This document shows, in pieces, positions 48,381-60,344 of a DNA stretch of 64,000 nucleotides (position 1 is the stretch's first letter; every line of letters begins with the position of its first letter). Both the position numbers and the translations under genes were made by a program. Below the pieces are notes generated by a model. That model did not search any database, had not been told where the DNA came from, and was given only the letters and a program-made list of their open reading frames with translations. The DNA is from Somniosus microcephalus (lineage: Eukaryota): positions 226,424,001 to 226,488,000 of the forward strand of contig CM126211.1 in assembly GCA_052327205.1 (NCBI GenBank), written 5' to 3'.

Positions 48381-49353
48381 CATATTAATGATCTAGACAA
48401 GGGAACTAGATGCAATATCTCCAAGTTTGCAGACGACACAAAGCTGGATGGGCGTGTGTGCTGTGAGGAGGATGCTGAGAAACTACAGGATGATTTGGAC
48501 AGGTTGGGTGATTGGGCAGAAGCATGGCAGATGCAATATAACGTGGATAAATGTGAGGTTATCCACTTTGGTGGCAAAAACAGGAAGGCAGATTATCTGA
48601 ATGGCAATAGATTGGGAGAAGTGGAAGTGCAATGAGACCTGGGTGTCCTTGTGCACCAGTCGCTGAAGGTAAGCATGCAGGTGCAGCAGGTGGTTAAGAA
48701 GGCAAATGTTATGTTGGCCTTTGTAGCGAGAGGGTTCGAGTACAGGAACAAGGATGTCTTGCTGCAGTTGTACAGTGCTTTGGTGAGGCCACATCTTGAG
48801 TATTGTGTGCAGTTTTGGTCGCCTTATCTGAGGAAGGATGTTCCTGCCATGGAAGGAGTTCAGCGAAGATTCACCAGGCTGATACCTGGGATGGCAGGAA
48901 TGACGTCTGAGGGGAGATTGGGTCGATTGGGCTTATACTCGCTGGAGTTTAGAAGAATGAGAGGGGATCTCATTGAAACTTATAAAATTGTAACAGGACT
49001 GGACAGACTAGATGCAGGAAGGATGTTCCCGATGGTCGGGGAGTCCAGAACCAGGGGTCACAGTCTAAGGATAAGGGGTAAGCCATTTAGGACAGAGATG
49101 AGGAGAAATTTCTTCACCCAGAGAGTGGTGAACCTGTGGAATTCTCTACCACAGAAGGCAGTAGAGGCCAATTCATTAAATATATTCAAGAAGGAGTTGG
49201 ATATATTTCTTAAGGCTAAAGGGATCAAGGGATATAGGGAGAAGGCAGGGACAGGGAACTGAATTTGGATGATCAGCCATGATCGCATTGAATGGCGGAG
49301 CAGGCTCGAGGGGCCGAATGGCCTACTCCTGCTCCTATCGGCTATGTTTCTAT
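48381..49353 (+). mobile_element. CR1 3' fragment
   Basis: INDLD..KFADD region, ORF 48651-49262, CR1 tail. Confidence 0.92.
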
Positions 49354-49689
49354 GAGCCACAGCTGCGACACAGAAAAGGGGAAGCTGCCTGGCTGGAATG
49401 CTCTCCTGTCTCGTTTGTCTGATATCTTGCCCTGATTCTGAAGTCTTAGTGCTGCTAAGTGAAAACATTTTTGGTTCAAAGAGTTTAATCTTTATTTTCA
49501 AATTTGTCAAAGTTTGCCAAATTTGTAACAATTGTTAAAGTTTACAGGAGGTTAACTCAGGTTTCCAACAGTTCCTCACAATGATTAATGTTCATTAAAG
49601 ATTTATCATCGTGAATCGTTGGTCAGATTTCTAAAGAGGGTTTAACATTGCCGTAACCCACTGAGCCACTGGAGGACACACCCCGCCCA

Positions 49690-49870
49690 CCCCCCCAGAC
49701 CTGTCCAAGCATCGGAAGCGGCTCTTTGGCCCCCCGAAGGTCCTCTCAACGTACTGCCTGGTGGACGCTTCTCTTGGTTGTATCTCTTCCCCTGCTTCGG
49801 TCTGTGGGACGTGCCAAGTTGTCATCAACCACGGCAGCCTCATCACTGAGGGTCCAACCTTACACTCTGC
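49690..49870 (-). pseudogene. Harbinger transposase fragment of the second element
   Basis: PWLMT...[20 protein letters not shown], homologous to 3523-3927; convergent to the Myb remnant. Confidence 0.7.
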
Positions 49871-49983
49871 CCCCGTTTACAAGCATGCGTGTGATCATCA
49901 AGCTGCGGGGGCGGGGGGGGCATCGATCAGGAGGGGAGGGTTAAGGCACCAATCAGGATGGGTGGGTTGAGGCACCAATCAGG

Positions 49984-52900
49984 AGGGGTCGAGGTGGTGA
50001 TCGGGGGTGGGGGGGGTCGAGTGGTGATCGGGAGTGGGGGCGTCGAGTGGTGATCGGGGGTGGGGGGGTCGAGTGGTGATCGGGAGTGGGGGGCGTCGAG
50101 TGGTGATCGGGGGTGGGGGGGTCGAGGTGGTGATCGGGGGTGGGGGGGTCGAGTGGTGATCGGGAGTGGGGGGCGTCGAGTGGTGATCGGGGGTGGGGGG
50201 GTCGAGGTGGTGATCGGGGGTGGGGGGTGCTAGTGGTGATCGGGGGTGGGGGGGTCGAGGTGGTGATCGGGGGTGGGGGGGTCGAGTGGTGATCGGGGAG
50301 TGGGGGGGTCGAGTGGTGATCGGGGGGTGGGGAGGCCGAGGTGGTGATCGGGGGTGGGGGGGTCGAGTGGTGATCGGGAGTGGGGGGCGTCGAGTGGTGA
50401 TCGGGGGTGGGGGGGTCGAGGTGGTGATCGGGGGTGGGGGGTGCTAGTGGTGATCGGGGGTGGGGGGGTCGAGGTGGTGATCGGGGGGTGGGGGGTTTGA
50501 GGTGATCGGGGGGTGGGGGGGTCGAGTGGTGATCGGGGGTGGGGGGGGTCGAGATGGTGATCGGGGGTGGGGGGGTCGAGTGGTGATCGGGGGGTGGGGG
50601 GGTCGAGATGGTGATCGGGGGTGGGTGGGTTGAGGTGGTGATCGGGGGTGGGGGGGCTAGTGGTGATCGGGGGTGGGGGGGTCGAGGTGGTGATCGGGGG
50701 TGGGGGGGCTAGTGGTGATCGGGGGTGGGGGGGTCGAGGTGGTGATCGGGGGTGGGGGGTGCTAGTGGTGATCGGGGGTGGGGGGGTCGAGGTGGTGATC
50801 GGGGGGTGGGGGGTTTGAGGTGATCGGGGGGTGGGGGGGTCGAGTGGTGATCGGGGGTGGGGGGGGTCGAGATGGTGATCGGGGGTGGGGGGGTCGAGTG
50901 GTGATCGGGGGGTGGGGGGGTCGAGATGGTGATCGGGGGTGGGTGGGTTGAGGTGGTGATCGGGGGTGGGGGGGCTAGTGGTGATCGGGGGTGGGGGGGT
51001 CGAGGTGGTGATCGGGGGTGGGGGGGCTAGTGGTGATCGGGGGTGGGGGGGTCGAGGTGGTGATCGGGGGTGGGGGGGTCGAGTGGTGATCGGGGGTGGG
51101 GGGGGTCGAGTGGTGATCGGGAGTGGGGGGGTCGAGTGGTGATCGGGGGTGGGGGGGTCGAGGTGGTGATCGGGGGTGGGGGGGGCCGAGTGGTGATCGG
51201 GGGTGGGGGGGCCGAGGTGGTGATCGGGAGTGGGGGGGTCGAGGTGGTGATCGGGGGTGAGGGGGTCGAGTGGTGATCGGGGGTGGGGGGGTCGAGTGGT
51301 GATCGGGGGGTGGGGGGGTCGAGTGGTGATCGGGGGTGGGGGGGTCGAGGTGGTGATCGGGGGTGGGGGGGTCGAGGTGGTGATCGGGGGTGGGGGGGGC
51401 TAGTGGTGATCGGCGGTGGGGGGGTCGAGGTGGTGATCGGGGGTGGGGGGGTCGAGGTGGTGATCGGGGGTGGGGGGGTTCAGGTGATCGGGGGGTGGGG
51501 GGGTCGAGTGGTGATCGGGGGGTGGGGGGGTCGAGATGGTGATCGGGGGTGGGGGGGTCGAGTGGTGATCGGGGAGTGGGGGGGTCGAGATGGTGATCGG
51601 GGGTGGGGGGGTCGAGATGGTGATCGGGGGTGGGGGGGTCGAGTGGTGATCGGGGGGTGGGGAGGCCGAGGTGGTGATCGGGGGGGGTCGAGGTGGTGAT
51701 CGGGGGTGGCGGGGTCGAGTGGTGATCGGGGGTGGGGGGGTCGAGTGGTGATCGGGGGTGGGGGGGTCGAGTGGTGATCGGGGGTGGGGGGGTCGAGTGG
51801 TGATCGGGGGGTGGGGGGGTCGAGGTGGTGATTGGCGGGTGGGGGGGTCAAGGTGGTGATCGGGGGGTGGGGGGGTCGAGTGGTGATCGGGGGGTGGGGG
51901 GGTCGCGGTGGTGATTGGCGGGTGGGGGGGCCGAGGTGGTGATCGGGGGGGTCGAGATGGTGATCGGGGGGTGGGGGGTTGAGGTGGTGATCGGGGGTGG
52001 GGGGGGTCGAGATGGTGATCGGGGGTGGGGGGGGTCGAGATGGTGATCGGGGGTGGGGGGGGTCGAGGTGGTGATTGGCGGGTGGGGGGGTCGAGGTGGT
52101 GATCGGGGGGTGGGGGGGCCGAGGTGGTGATCGGGGGGTGGGGGGGCCGAGGTGGTGATCGGGGGTGGGGGGGTCGAGATGGTGATCGGGAGTGGGGGGG
52201 GTCGAGGTGGTGATCGGGGGTGGGGGGGTCGAGGTGGTGATCGGGGGGTGGGGGGGCCGAGGTGGTGATCGGGGGTGGGGGGGTGATCGGGGGGTGGGGG
52301 GGTCGAGGTGGTGATGGGGGGTGGGGAGGTCGAGGTGGTGATCGGGGGTTGAGATGGTGATGGGGGTGGGGGGGTCGTGTGGTGATCGGGGGGTGGGGGG
52401 GTCGAGGTGGTGATGGGGGGTGGGGGGGTCGTGTGGTGAAGGGGGGTGGGGGGGTCGAGGTGGTGATCGGGGTGGGGGGGTCGAGGTGGTGATCGGGGGT
52501 GGGGGGGTCGAGATGGTGACGGGGGTGGGGGGGTCGTGTGGTGATCGGGGTGGGGGGGTCGAGGTGGTGATCGGGGGTGGGGGGGTCGAGGTGGTGATGG
52601 GGGGTGGGGGCATCGTGTGGTGATGGGGGGTGGGGGGGTCGAGGTGGTGATCGGGGTGGGTGGGGGGTTGAGGTGGTGATCGGGGGTCGAGATGGTGATG
52701 GGGGTGGGGGGGTCGAGGTGGTGATCGGGGGTCGAGATGGTGATGGGGGTGGGGGGGTCGTGTGGTGATCGGGTGGGGGGGGGTGATCGGGGTGTGGGGG
52801 GGGTCGAGGTGGTGATGGGGGGTGGGGGGGGGTCGCAGTGACAACCGGGCAGTGGGGGGGTCGAGGCGGTGATCGGGGTGGGGGGTCGAGATGGCGATCG

Positions 52901-52990
52901 GTGGGGGTGAGGGGGTGATCGGGGTGGGGGATCGAGCTGACGATCGGGGAGTGGGGGGGGGTGCGAGGTGGTGATCGGGGTGGGCGGGGC
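49984..52990 (+). repeat. G-rich ~27-28-bp minisatellite (about 100 copies)
   Basis: Unit GGTCGA(G)GTGGTGATCGGGGG(G)TGGGGG with variable G-run length; decays toward the right. Confidence 0.97.
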
Positions 52991-53639
52991 GGGGGGGTGG
53001 CGAGTGGTGCCCGGCAGTGGTCCTTGGTTTTAATTACTTTAATAAACCGAGGGCCTAATGCCTGTTTCGGGCACGGGCCCTGGACGCCTCTTTTGATGAC
53101 TGTACCAATATGGCGGGCGGCGCACTTTCAGCTCAGAGTATACGTGCACACAACACCCGCCATATTGGACGCTTTGGCGCCCGTTTTTCCGCTTACAAAG
53201 CCTAGCGCAGTTCATTGGATTTCTCAGCCTTGGGCTTTACTGTGAGATAAGAAGGGCTTGGCACAGAGGAGGAAGCTGAGCTTCTGGCAGGAGACGAGGG
53301 AGTTCCATTTGAGGCCAGCAGAGATAGGCCGGGAATGCCAATAGATAAGGAAGACTTAACATCGCTACAGTGCATTATCGCACCACTCAGAAAATGCCTC
53401 AAATTGCTTTATTTACAATCAGAGGTGTTTGTAACAAATGTAGAATTGTACCCAAAGGGAGCCTCTTCCCCACCCCTGACTCCTGCACCTATTTCTAGGG
53501 GGTTCCCGGGCATGCTTCACCAGGAAATTTAGGATTTTGACATTCTGGTTCATTTAAAAATAATTTTTGACTTCAAATATTGACAGATTTTTTAAAAATC
53601 TAAAAGTATCAGAGGAATTTGGCTTTATTTATATTCAAG

Positions 53640-53845
53640 ACGGCAACCAGATCATTACTTTCCCAAAAGTCAAGAGGCAGGTTTGAAGGAGCGTCTTGAA
53701 GGAGGAGAGAAAGGCGGAGCGGTTTCGCGAGGCAAATCCAGAGCTTAGTGGCTCGACGGTTGAAGGCACGGCCGCCAATAGTGGGACAAAGGAAATTGGG
53801 GCCATAACTTGGGGAACGCAGAGTTCGCGGAGTGTTGTAGGGCTT
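53640..53845 (-). mobile_element. L2 3' fragment
   Basis: PYNTPRTLRS...TIGGRAF...LW; matches pieces at 36270-36300/39271-39412. Confidence 0.7.
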
Positions 53846-53884
53846 CAACTGTGCTCATGACCGGCTGATGGCACACCAGTTAGG

Positions 53885-54420
53885 TGTCAGCCGTGGCTCA
53901 GTGGGTAGCACACTCGCCTTCTCAGTCAGTGGCTTGTGGGTTCTAAGACCTCCCCCCGCTCCAGAAACTTGAAGCTACAACATCTAGGCTGCCACTCCCA
54001 GTGCCAGTACTGAGGGAGTGCTGCACTGTCAGCGGTGCTGACTTTCGGATGAGATGTTAAAACTGCTCTCTCAGCTGGATATAAAAGATCCCATGGCACT
54101 ATTTGGAAGAAGAGCAGGGGAGTTATCCCCAGTGTCCTGGGGCCAATATTGATCCCTCAACCACCATCACTAAAAACAGATGATCTGGTCATTATCACGT
54201 TGCTGTTTGTGGGAGCTTGCTGTGCGCAAATTGGCTGCTGCATTACAACAGTGACGACACTTCAAAAGTACTTCATTGGCTGTAAAGTGCTTTGAGACGT
54301 CCGGAGCTGCCGCGTTTCCCATGTTACAACAGTGACTACACTTCGAAAGAACTTCATTATCTGTAAAGCACTTTGGGATGTCCTGAGGTTGTGAAAGGCG
54401 CTATAGAAATGCAAGTCTTA
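53885..54420 (+). mobile_element. SacSINE1-like SINE, full length with duplicated tail segment
   Basis: TGTCAGCCGTGGCTCAGTGGGTAGCAC head to GCGCTATAGAAATGCAAGTC tail. Confidence 0.87.
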
Positions 54421-54539
54421 TTTATTTGGTTGCAAGGTGCTTGATGCCAGGCAACGCTGCAAATAACCTTTCACATACGATGCACCGATCTGCCTTGTGA
54501 CCTCTTCCACCCTGCTCATTGGACCTTGCGTGCGTGTTT

Positions 54540-54820
54540 TAAGGGGTAAGCCATTTAGGACAGAGATGAGGAGGAATTTCTTCACCCAGAGAGTGGTGAA
54601 CCTGTGGAATTCTCTGCCAAAGAAGGCAGTAGAGGCCAATTCATTAAATATATTCAAGAAGGAGTTAGATATATTTCTTAAGGCTAAAGGGATCAAGGGA
54701 TATGGGGAGAAAGCAGGGACTGGGTACTGAATTTGGATGATCAGCCATGATCTCATTAAATGCTGGAGCAGGCTCGAGGGGCCGAATGGCCTACTCCTGC
54801 TCCTATCTTCTATGTTTCTA
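54540..54820 (+). mobile_element. CR1 3' fragment
   Basis: RGKPFRTEMRRNFF...KAGTGY and tail. Confidence 0.9.
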
Positions 54821-54926
54821 TATTTTTCTCTGATCGCAGCCTCTGTGCAGTATGAATTCCTTGAGGCTACAGCAGAGGCAGTGAACTTGCTGGATCCCTA
54901 GCCATCTTACCTTGGATATACTGGTG

Positions 54927-55358
54927 GCATTGTCCACATGCCCGATACGAGACTCCCAAAACAAGCGCTCTACTCGGAGCTCCGACACGACAAGAGAGCC
55001 CCAGGTGGGCAGAGGAAACGCTTCAAGGACACCCTCAAAGCCTCCTTGAAAAAGTGTAACATCCCCACCGACACCTGGGAATCCCTGGCCCAAGACCGCA
55101 CAAAGTGGAGGAGAAGCATCCGGGAAGGCGCCGAACACCTCGAGTCTCTTCGCCGGGAGCAAGCGGAAGCCAAGCGCAGGCAGCGCAAGGAGCGCACGTC
55201 AACCCAAGCACCCCACCCACCCGCCCCTTCAACCACCGTCTGCCCCACCTGTGACAGAGACTGTAGGTCCCGCATTGGACTCATCAGTCACCTGAGAACT
55301 CATTTTTAATGTGGAAGCAAGTCATCCTCGGTTCCGAGGGACTGCCTAAGAAGAAGAA
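54927..55358 (+). mobile_element. RTE LINE 3' fragment
   Basis: MPDTRLPKQALYSEL...CPTCDRDCRSRIGLISHLRTH; (AAG)n tail. Confidence 0.9.
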
Positions 55359-56099
55359 GGTGGGATGGGCAAATGGTGAAATTACATTTTAAAGCATTCT
55401 TAGGGCAAGTGGCCTGTTGTCAACGATCAGTCATTGCCCAGATAGAAAGAAAGACTTGCATTTATATAACGCCTTTAACACCCTCCGGACGACCCAAAGC
55501 GCTTTATGACCCAAAATGCCAAGTATTGATGTCTCATGCTGACATTTTTGGCCAATAAAAGTGGAACATTTGGGAATATTTAACCCATCAAATGGCCTGG
55601 AGAAACAGCAGGTTCAGTCCCTTCCCCCCCAAACAAAGCAAATGTGCAGACAGCTCGAATACGCTGAACAAAGTCATTAGCACCTGACTTGAGGCCACCT
55701 GGGGTAAGATGAAAGAAGGACGTGAAGATTTCTGCCCAATCTGCCTCCGACCCTGGAAGTGATGGTTGTAAATCGATTCAATGGTGACAGACTTGTGGCC
55801 AGCTTGTCAGGATGAAGGTGATTTGGCCGGTATAAATTACATTAACATTTTTTAGTTACTTTTGAAAGTTAAACCCTTGTGATAACACCTTCATAACTAG
55901 CACCCAGGTAGCAGCCAGAAATTTGCAGCGTTTGTAGCCCGGGCAGAAGGAGCAGGTGGTTGTTGAGAACTTTTCGTTCTTCTTCCAGTGTTAGCTCCAG
56001 CACACAAGCAAGAGCCTCCCTCGTCAACTCGGAATCGTACAGCCGCCCTTCAAGAAACCGCGAACTGTAAACAATCGAGATCCCTTTGTAGTTTGTGTG

Positions 56100-56631
56100 T
56101 CAAAGCACTGGCGAGGTACCACCAACACTGCCTCCGCAAGATCCTGCAAATCCATTGGCAGGATAGGCGCACCAACGCCAATGTTCTCGCTCAGGCCAAC
56201 ATCCCCAGCATCGAAGCTTTGACCACGCTCGATCAGCTCTGATGGACGGGTCACATCGTCTGCATGCCCGATACGTGACTCCCAAAACAAGCGCTCTACT
56301 CGGAGCTCCAACACGGCAAGAGAGCCCCAGGTGGGCAGAGGAAATGCTTCAAGGACAACCTCAAAGCCTCCTTGAAAAAGTGCAACATCCCCACCGACAC
56401 CTGGGAATCCCTGGCCCAAGACCGCACAAAGTGGAGGAGAAGCATCCGGGAAGGCGCCGAACACCTCAAGTCAACCCAAGCACCCCACCCACCTGCCCCT
56501 TCAACCACCGTCTGCCCCACCTGTGACAGAGACTGTAGGTCCCACATTGGACTAATCAGTCACCTGAGAACTCATTTTTAGTGTGGAAGCAAGTCATCCT
56601 CGGTTCCGAGGGGCTGCCTGAGGAGAAGAAG
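56100..56631 (+). mobile_element. RTE LINE 3' fragment with internal deletion
   Basis: Near-identical to 7330-7908 and 54927-55358. Confidence 0.9.
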
Positions 56632-56663
56632 ATCTGCAGGCTGAAGGTCATGCAGAATAGGAC

Positions 56664-56808
56664 TGATGTTCCCTCTTATTTATGTTTGGCTGAGCAGTTC
56701 CTTTAAGGTTCTGCGCAGTCCATTTACATTTTTGCGCACGCAAAACTTAACATTGAAAAGGCCAGTCTTGGGCTGCATGGGGGGCCACACGGCTTATAGG
56801 GAGCGTTG
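56664..56808. mobile_element. hAT-type MITE
   Basis: Perfect 8-bp TSD AATAGGAC (56656-56663, 56809-56816); degenerate TIRs ATGTTCCCTCT / ATAGGGAGCGTTG. Confidence 0.75.
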
Positions 56809-56895
56809 AATAGGACCTGCTCTTATCCTTGACTTATTCCTTATTTTGATTTTCCTCCAATCGTTTCTCCTCGCATCTCCGGAAATGGTGGAAAA

Positions 56896-57720
56896 AAAGA
56901 AAGACTTGCATTTCTATAGCGCCTTTCACCACCTCAGGACGTCTCAAAGTGATTTACAGCCAATGAAGTACTTTTTGAAGTGTAGTCACTGTTGTAATGT
57001 AGGAAACCAATTTGCACACAGCAAGATCCCACAAACAGCAATGTGATAATGACCAGATAGACATAGAAACTAGGAGCAGGAGTAGGCCATTCGGCCCTTC
57101 GAGCCTGCTCCGCCATTCAACGAGATCATGGCTGATCATCCAAACCCTAGCACCCGGTCCCTACACCGACAGCCATCCCACCCAAGCCCTATCCCTGTAA
57201 CCCCACGTATTTAATCCCCCCTAACACTAAGGGCCAATTTTTATCATGGCCAATCAACCTAACCCGCACATCTTTGGACTGTGGGAGGAAACCGAAGCAC
57301 CCGGAGGAAGCTCACACCAACACGGGGAGAATGTGCAAACTTCACACAGACAGTCACCCGAGGCCGGATTTGAACCCGGGTCCTTGGCGCTGTGAGGCAA
57401 CAGTGCTAACCACTATGCCACCGTGCTGGTTTATTTTTTAGTGATGTTGATTGAGGGATACATATTGGCCCCAGGACACTGGGGAGAACTCCCCTGCTCT
57501 TCTTCGAAATAGTGCCATGGGATCATTTACGTCCACCTGAGAGAGCAGACGGGGCCTCGGTTTAACGTCTCATCCGAAAGACGGCACTTCCGACAGGGCA
57601 AGGCTCCCTCAGCACTGCCCTGGAGTGTCAGCCTAGATATTTGTGCTCAAGTCTCTGGCGTGGAGCCCACAACCTTCTGACTCAGAGGCGAGAGTGCTAC
57701 CAACTGAGCCACAGCTGACA
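56896..57720 (-). mobile_element. SacSINE1-like SINE split by a V-SINE/CR1-tail insertion
   Basis: Tail at 56896-57059, head and core at 57430-57720. Confidence 0.82.
57060..57427 (-). mobile_element. V-SINE (HE1-like) joined to a CR1 3' tail
   Basis: Reverse complement of the 90-350 SINE body; 57060-57143 equals the CR1 tail at 555-638. Confidence 0.85.
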
Positions 57721-57721
57721 G

Positions 57722-58010
57722 CTCCAATTCTGGCCTCTTGTGCATCCCCGATTTTCATCGCTCCACCATAGGCGGCCGTGCCTTCAGCTGCCAAGACCCT
57801 AAGCTCTGGAATTCCCTCCCTAAACCTCTCCACCTCTCTCTCCTCCTTTAAGATGCTCCTTAAAACCCACCTCTTTGACCAAGCTTTTGGTCACCTGTCC
57901 TAATATCTCCTTATGTGGCTCAGTGTTAGTTTGATAACGCTCCTGTGAAGCACCTTGGGACATTTTGCTACATTATAGGCGCTGTATAAATACACAATGT
58001 TGTTGTTATT
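57722..58010 (+). mobile_element. L2 3' end
   Basis: CTCTGGAATTCCCTCCCTAAACCTCTCC...CTCTTTGACCAAGCTTTTGG...GGCGCTGTATAAATAC. Confidence 0.75.
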
Positions 58011-58719
58011 GAGCTGGTTAGCCTCAGTATGAAGGACAGACTCCATTTCCTTGCGCACATGGATGTTCTTCAAGTGTGAGCTTAGATAGTGAAGTCACCA
58101 GGTTATTTAACCATATAAGGCTTCATGACCTGAGTGTCTTCATCTGTTATTAACATATGTATATTTTCCAGTAAGTGGTCACTGGATCACAAAGGTACGT
58201 ACAAATCAGGCAGGCCATTTGGCCCATCTAGTGCATCCTTGCATAAAAACCTACGACAAACGTCCCCCATTGCGACCCCCCCTTACCCCCCCCCCCCATC
58301 CCGCCTCCATCCAATCACAACTTCTCACTGCCTGCACAACTGCATCTGGAAGACTATCCTTCGTATTAATCAATGAATACACACTGAGCTATGTATTCTG
58401 TATCGATGTCCCCTTGCTGTTTACCATTCTGTATCTAAGTCCCAAGCCCTCCAGTTAAGAACATAAGAATTAGGAGCAGGAGTCGGCCATTCGGCCCCTC
58501 GAGCCTGCTCCGCCATTTAATGAGATCGTGGCTGATCTTCCACTTTCCCGCCCGATCCCCACATCCCTTTCTTTATGTTATAGACCTAGACCTATCTGCA
58601 CAGGAAATGAAACCAGGCTGATAGTCAGTGATGATAAAAATAAACTCATCAGCACATAAGTACTGTGCTGTAGAGATGTGTCACACCCATGTCTGCTGCT
58701 AATCCCACGGCATTAATAT

Positions 58720-59310
58720 AAATTCCAAAGATTCACCACCCTCTGAGTGAAGAAATTTCTCCTCATCTCCGTCCTAAATGGCCGACCTGTTATCCTGTGA
58801 CTGTGAGCCCTGGTTCTAGACTCCCCGGCCAGGGGAAACATCCTCCCTGCATCTACCCTGTCAAGCCCTGTAAGAATTTTGTATGTTTCAATGAGATCAC
58901 CTCTCATTCTTCTAAACTCTAGAGAATATAGGCCTAGTCTACTCAATCTCTCCTCATAGGACAATCCCCCCCATCCCAGGAACCAGTCTGGTGAACCTTC
59001 GTTAACCAATCCTCAATCCATGCTAATATATTACCCCCAATCCCATGAGCCCTAACTTTGTTTAATAACCTCTTGTGTGGCACCTTATCGAATGCCTTCT
59101 GAAAATCCAAATACACATCCACTGGTTCCCCCTTCTCTATTCTGCTAGATACAACCTCAAAAAACTCTAACAGATTTGTCAAACACGATTTCCCTTTCTT
59201 AAATCCGTGCTGACTCTGCCCGCTCCCTCTAAGGCAAATATATCCTTCCTTAGGTAAGGAGACCAAAACTGTACACAGTACTCTAGGTGTGGTCTCACCA
59301 GGGCCCTATA
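58720..59310 (-). mobile_element. Rearranged CR1 fragments
   Basis: ORFs 58713-59009 and 58943-59266 contain non-collinear RT pieces. Confidence 0.8.
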
Positions 59311-59374
59311 GTTGTGGTTTAAGTTGAAATAGTGCTCAAAAAACAATAGGACCAGATGTGCATTCCATATATTT

Positions 59375-60100
59375 TTTTACATTCGTTCCTGGGATGTCGG
59401 CGTCACTGGCAAGGCCAGCATTTATTGCCCATCCCTAATCGCCCTTGCGAAGTTGATGGTGAGCCTTCTTGAACCGCTGCAGTCCGTGTGGTGAAGGTGC
59501 TCCCACAGTGCCGTTCAGGAGGGAGTTCCAGGATTTTGACCCAGTGACAATGAAGGAACGGCCGATATATTTCCAAGTCAAGATGGTGTGTGACTTGGAG
59601 GGAAACTTGCAGGTGGTGGTGTTCCCATGCGCCTGCTGCCCTTGTCCTTTTAGGTGGTAGAGGTTACGGGTTTGGGAGGTGCTGCTGAAGAAGCCTTGGC
59701 AAGTAGTTGCACTGCATCTTGTAGATGATACACACTGCAGCGACGGTGCGCTGGTGGTGGAGGGAGTGAATGTTTAAGGTGGTGGATGAGGTGCCAATCA
59801 AACAGGCTGCTTTGTCTTGGATGGTGTCGAGCTTCTTGAGTGTTGTTGGAGCTGCACTCATCCAGGCAAGTGGAATGTATTCCATCACACTCCTGACTTG
59901 TGCCTTGAAAATGGTGGAAAGGCTTTGGGGAGTCAGGAGGTGAGACACTTGCCGCAGAATACCCAGCCTCTGACCTGTTCTTGTTGCCACAGTATTTATG
60001 TGGCTGGTCCAGTTAAGTTTTTGGTCAATGGTGACCCCCAGGATGTTCATGGTGGGGGATTCGGCGATGGTAATGACATTGAATGTCAAGGGGCGGTGAT
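59375..60100 (-). mobile_element. LINE 3' fragment of a distinct CR1/L2-group family
   Basis: ILGVTIDQKLNWTSHI...KAQVRSVMEY.PLAW...KKLDTIQDKA RT thumb region. Confidence 0.8.
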
Positions 60101-60149
60101 TAGACAAAGGGGTGGTGTTATCAATCACATTTTGCATTTATATAGCGTC

Positions 60150-60344
60150 TGACATGAATCAACTGAGCGGCCTGCGGGTGGCACTGTCCAGGGAGAGTAT
60201 AAATACTCGGGCACGGGCCCAGCTTGCGCAGGACATTCTTAACAGGAACTAGTGAAGGACACAACTAGACCTCCATGTTGTAAAACAGTTGATTAAAGCT
60301 TTGTTTAATACTTAGACCAAGTGCCTAGTAGTTTTCTTACATCA
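60150..60344 (+). mobile_element. Solo LTR (195 bp) inserted in an L2 tail
   Basis: TGAC...ATCA termini, perfect 5-bp TSD GCGTC, TATAAATA and ATTAAA in order. Confidence 0.88.

Noticed and set aside
51480-52844. 454-aa Pro/His/Thr-rich ORF and Gly-rich + strand ORFs
   Set aside because: Translations of the G-rich minisatellite; the C-rich strand simply lacks stops
53202-53402. Ser-rich 66-aa ORF as possible host exon
   Set aside because: No recognisable domain or convincing splice context
58570-58720. C/D snoRNA in the duplicated block (GTGATGA)
   Set aside because: No suitably placed D box or terminal stem
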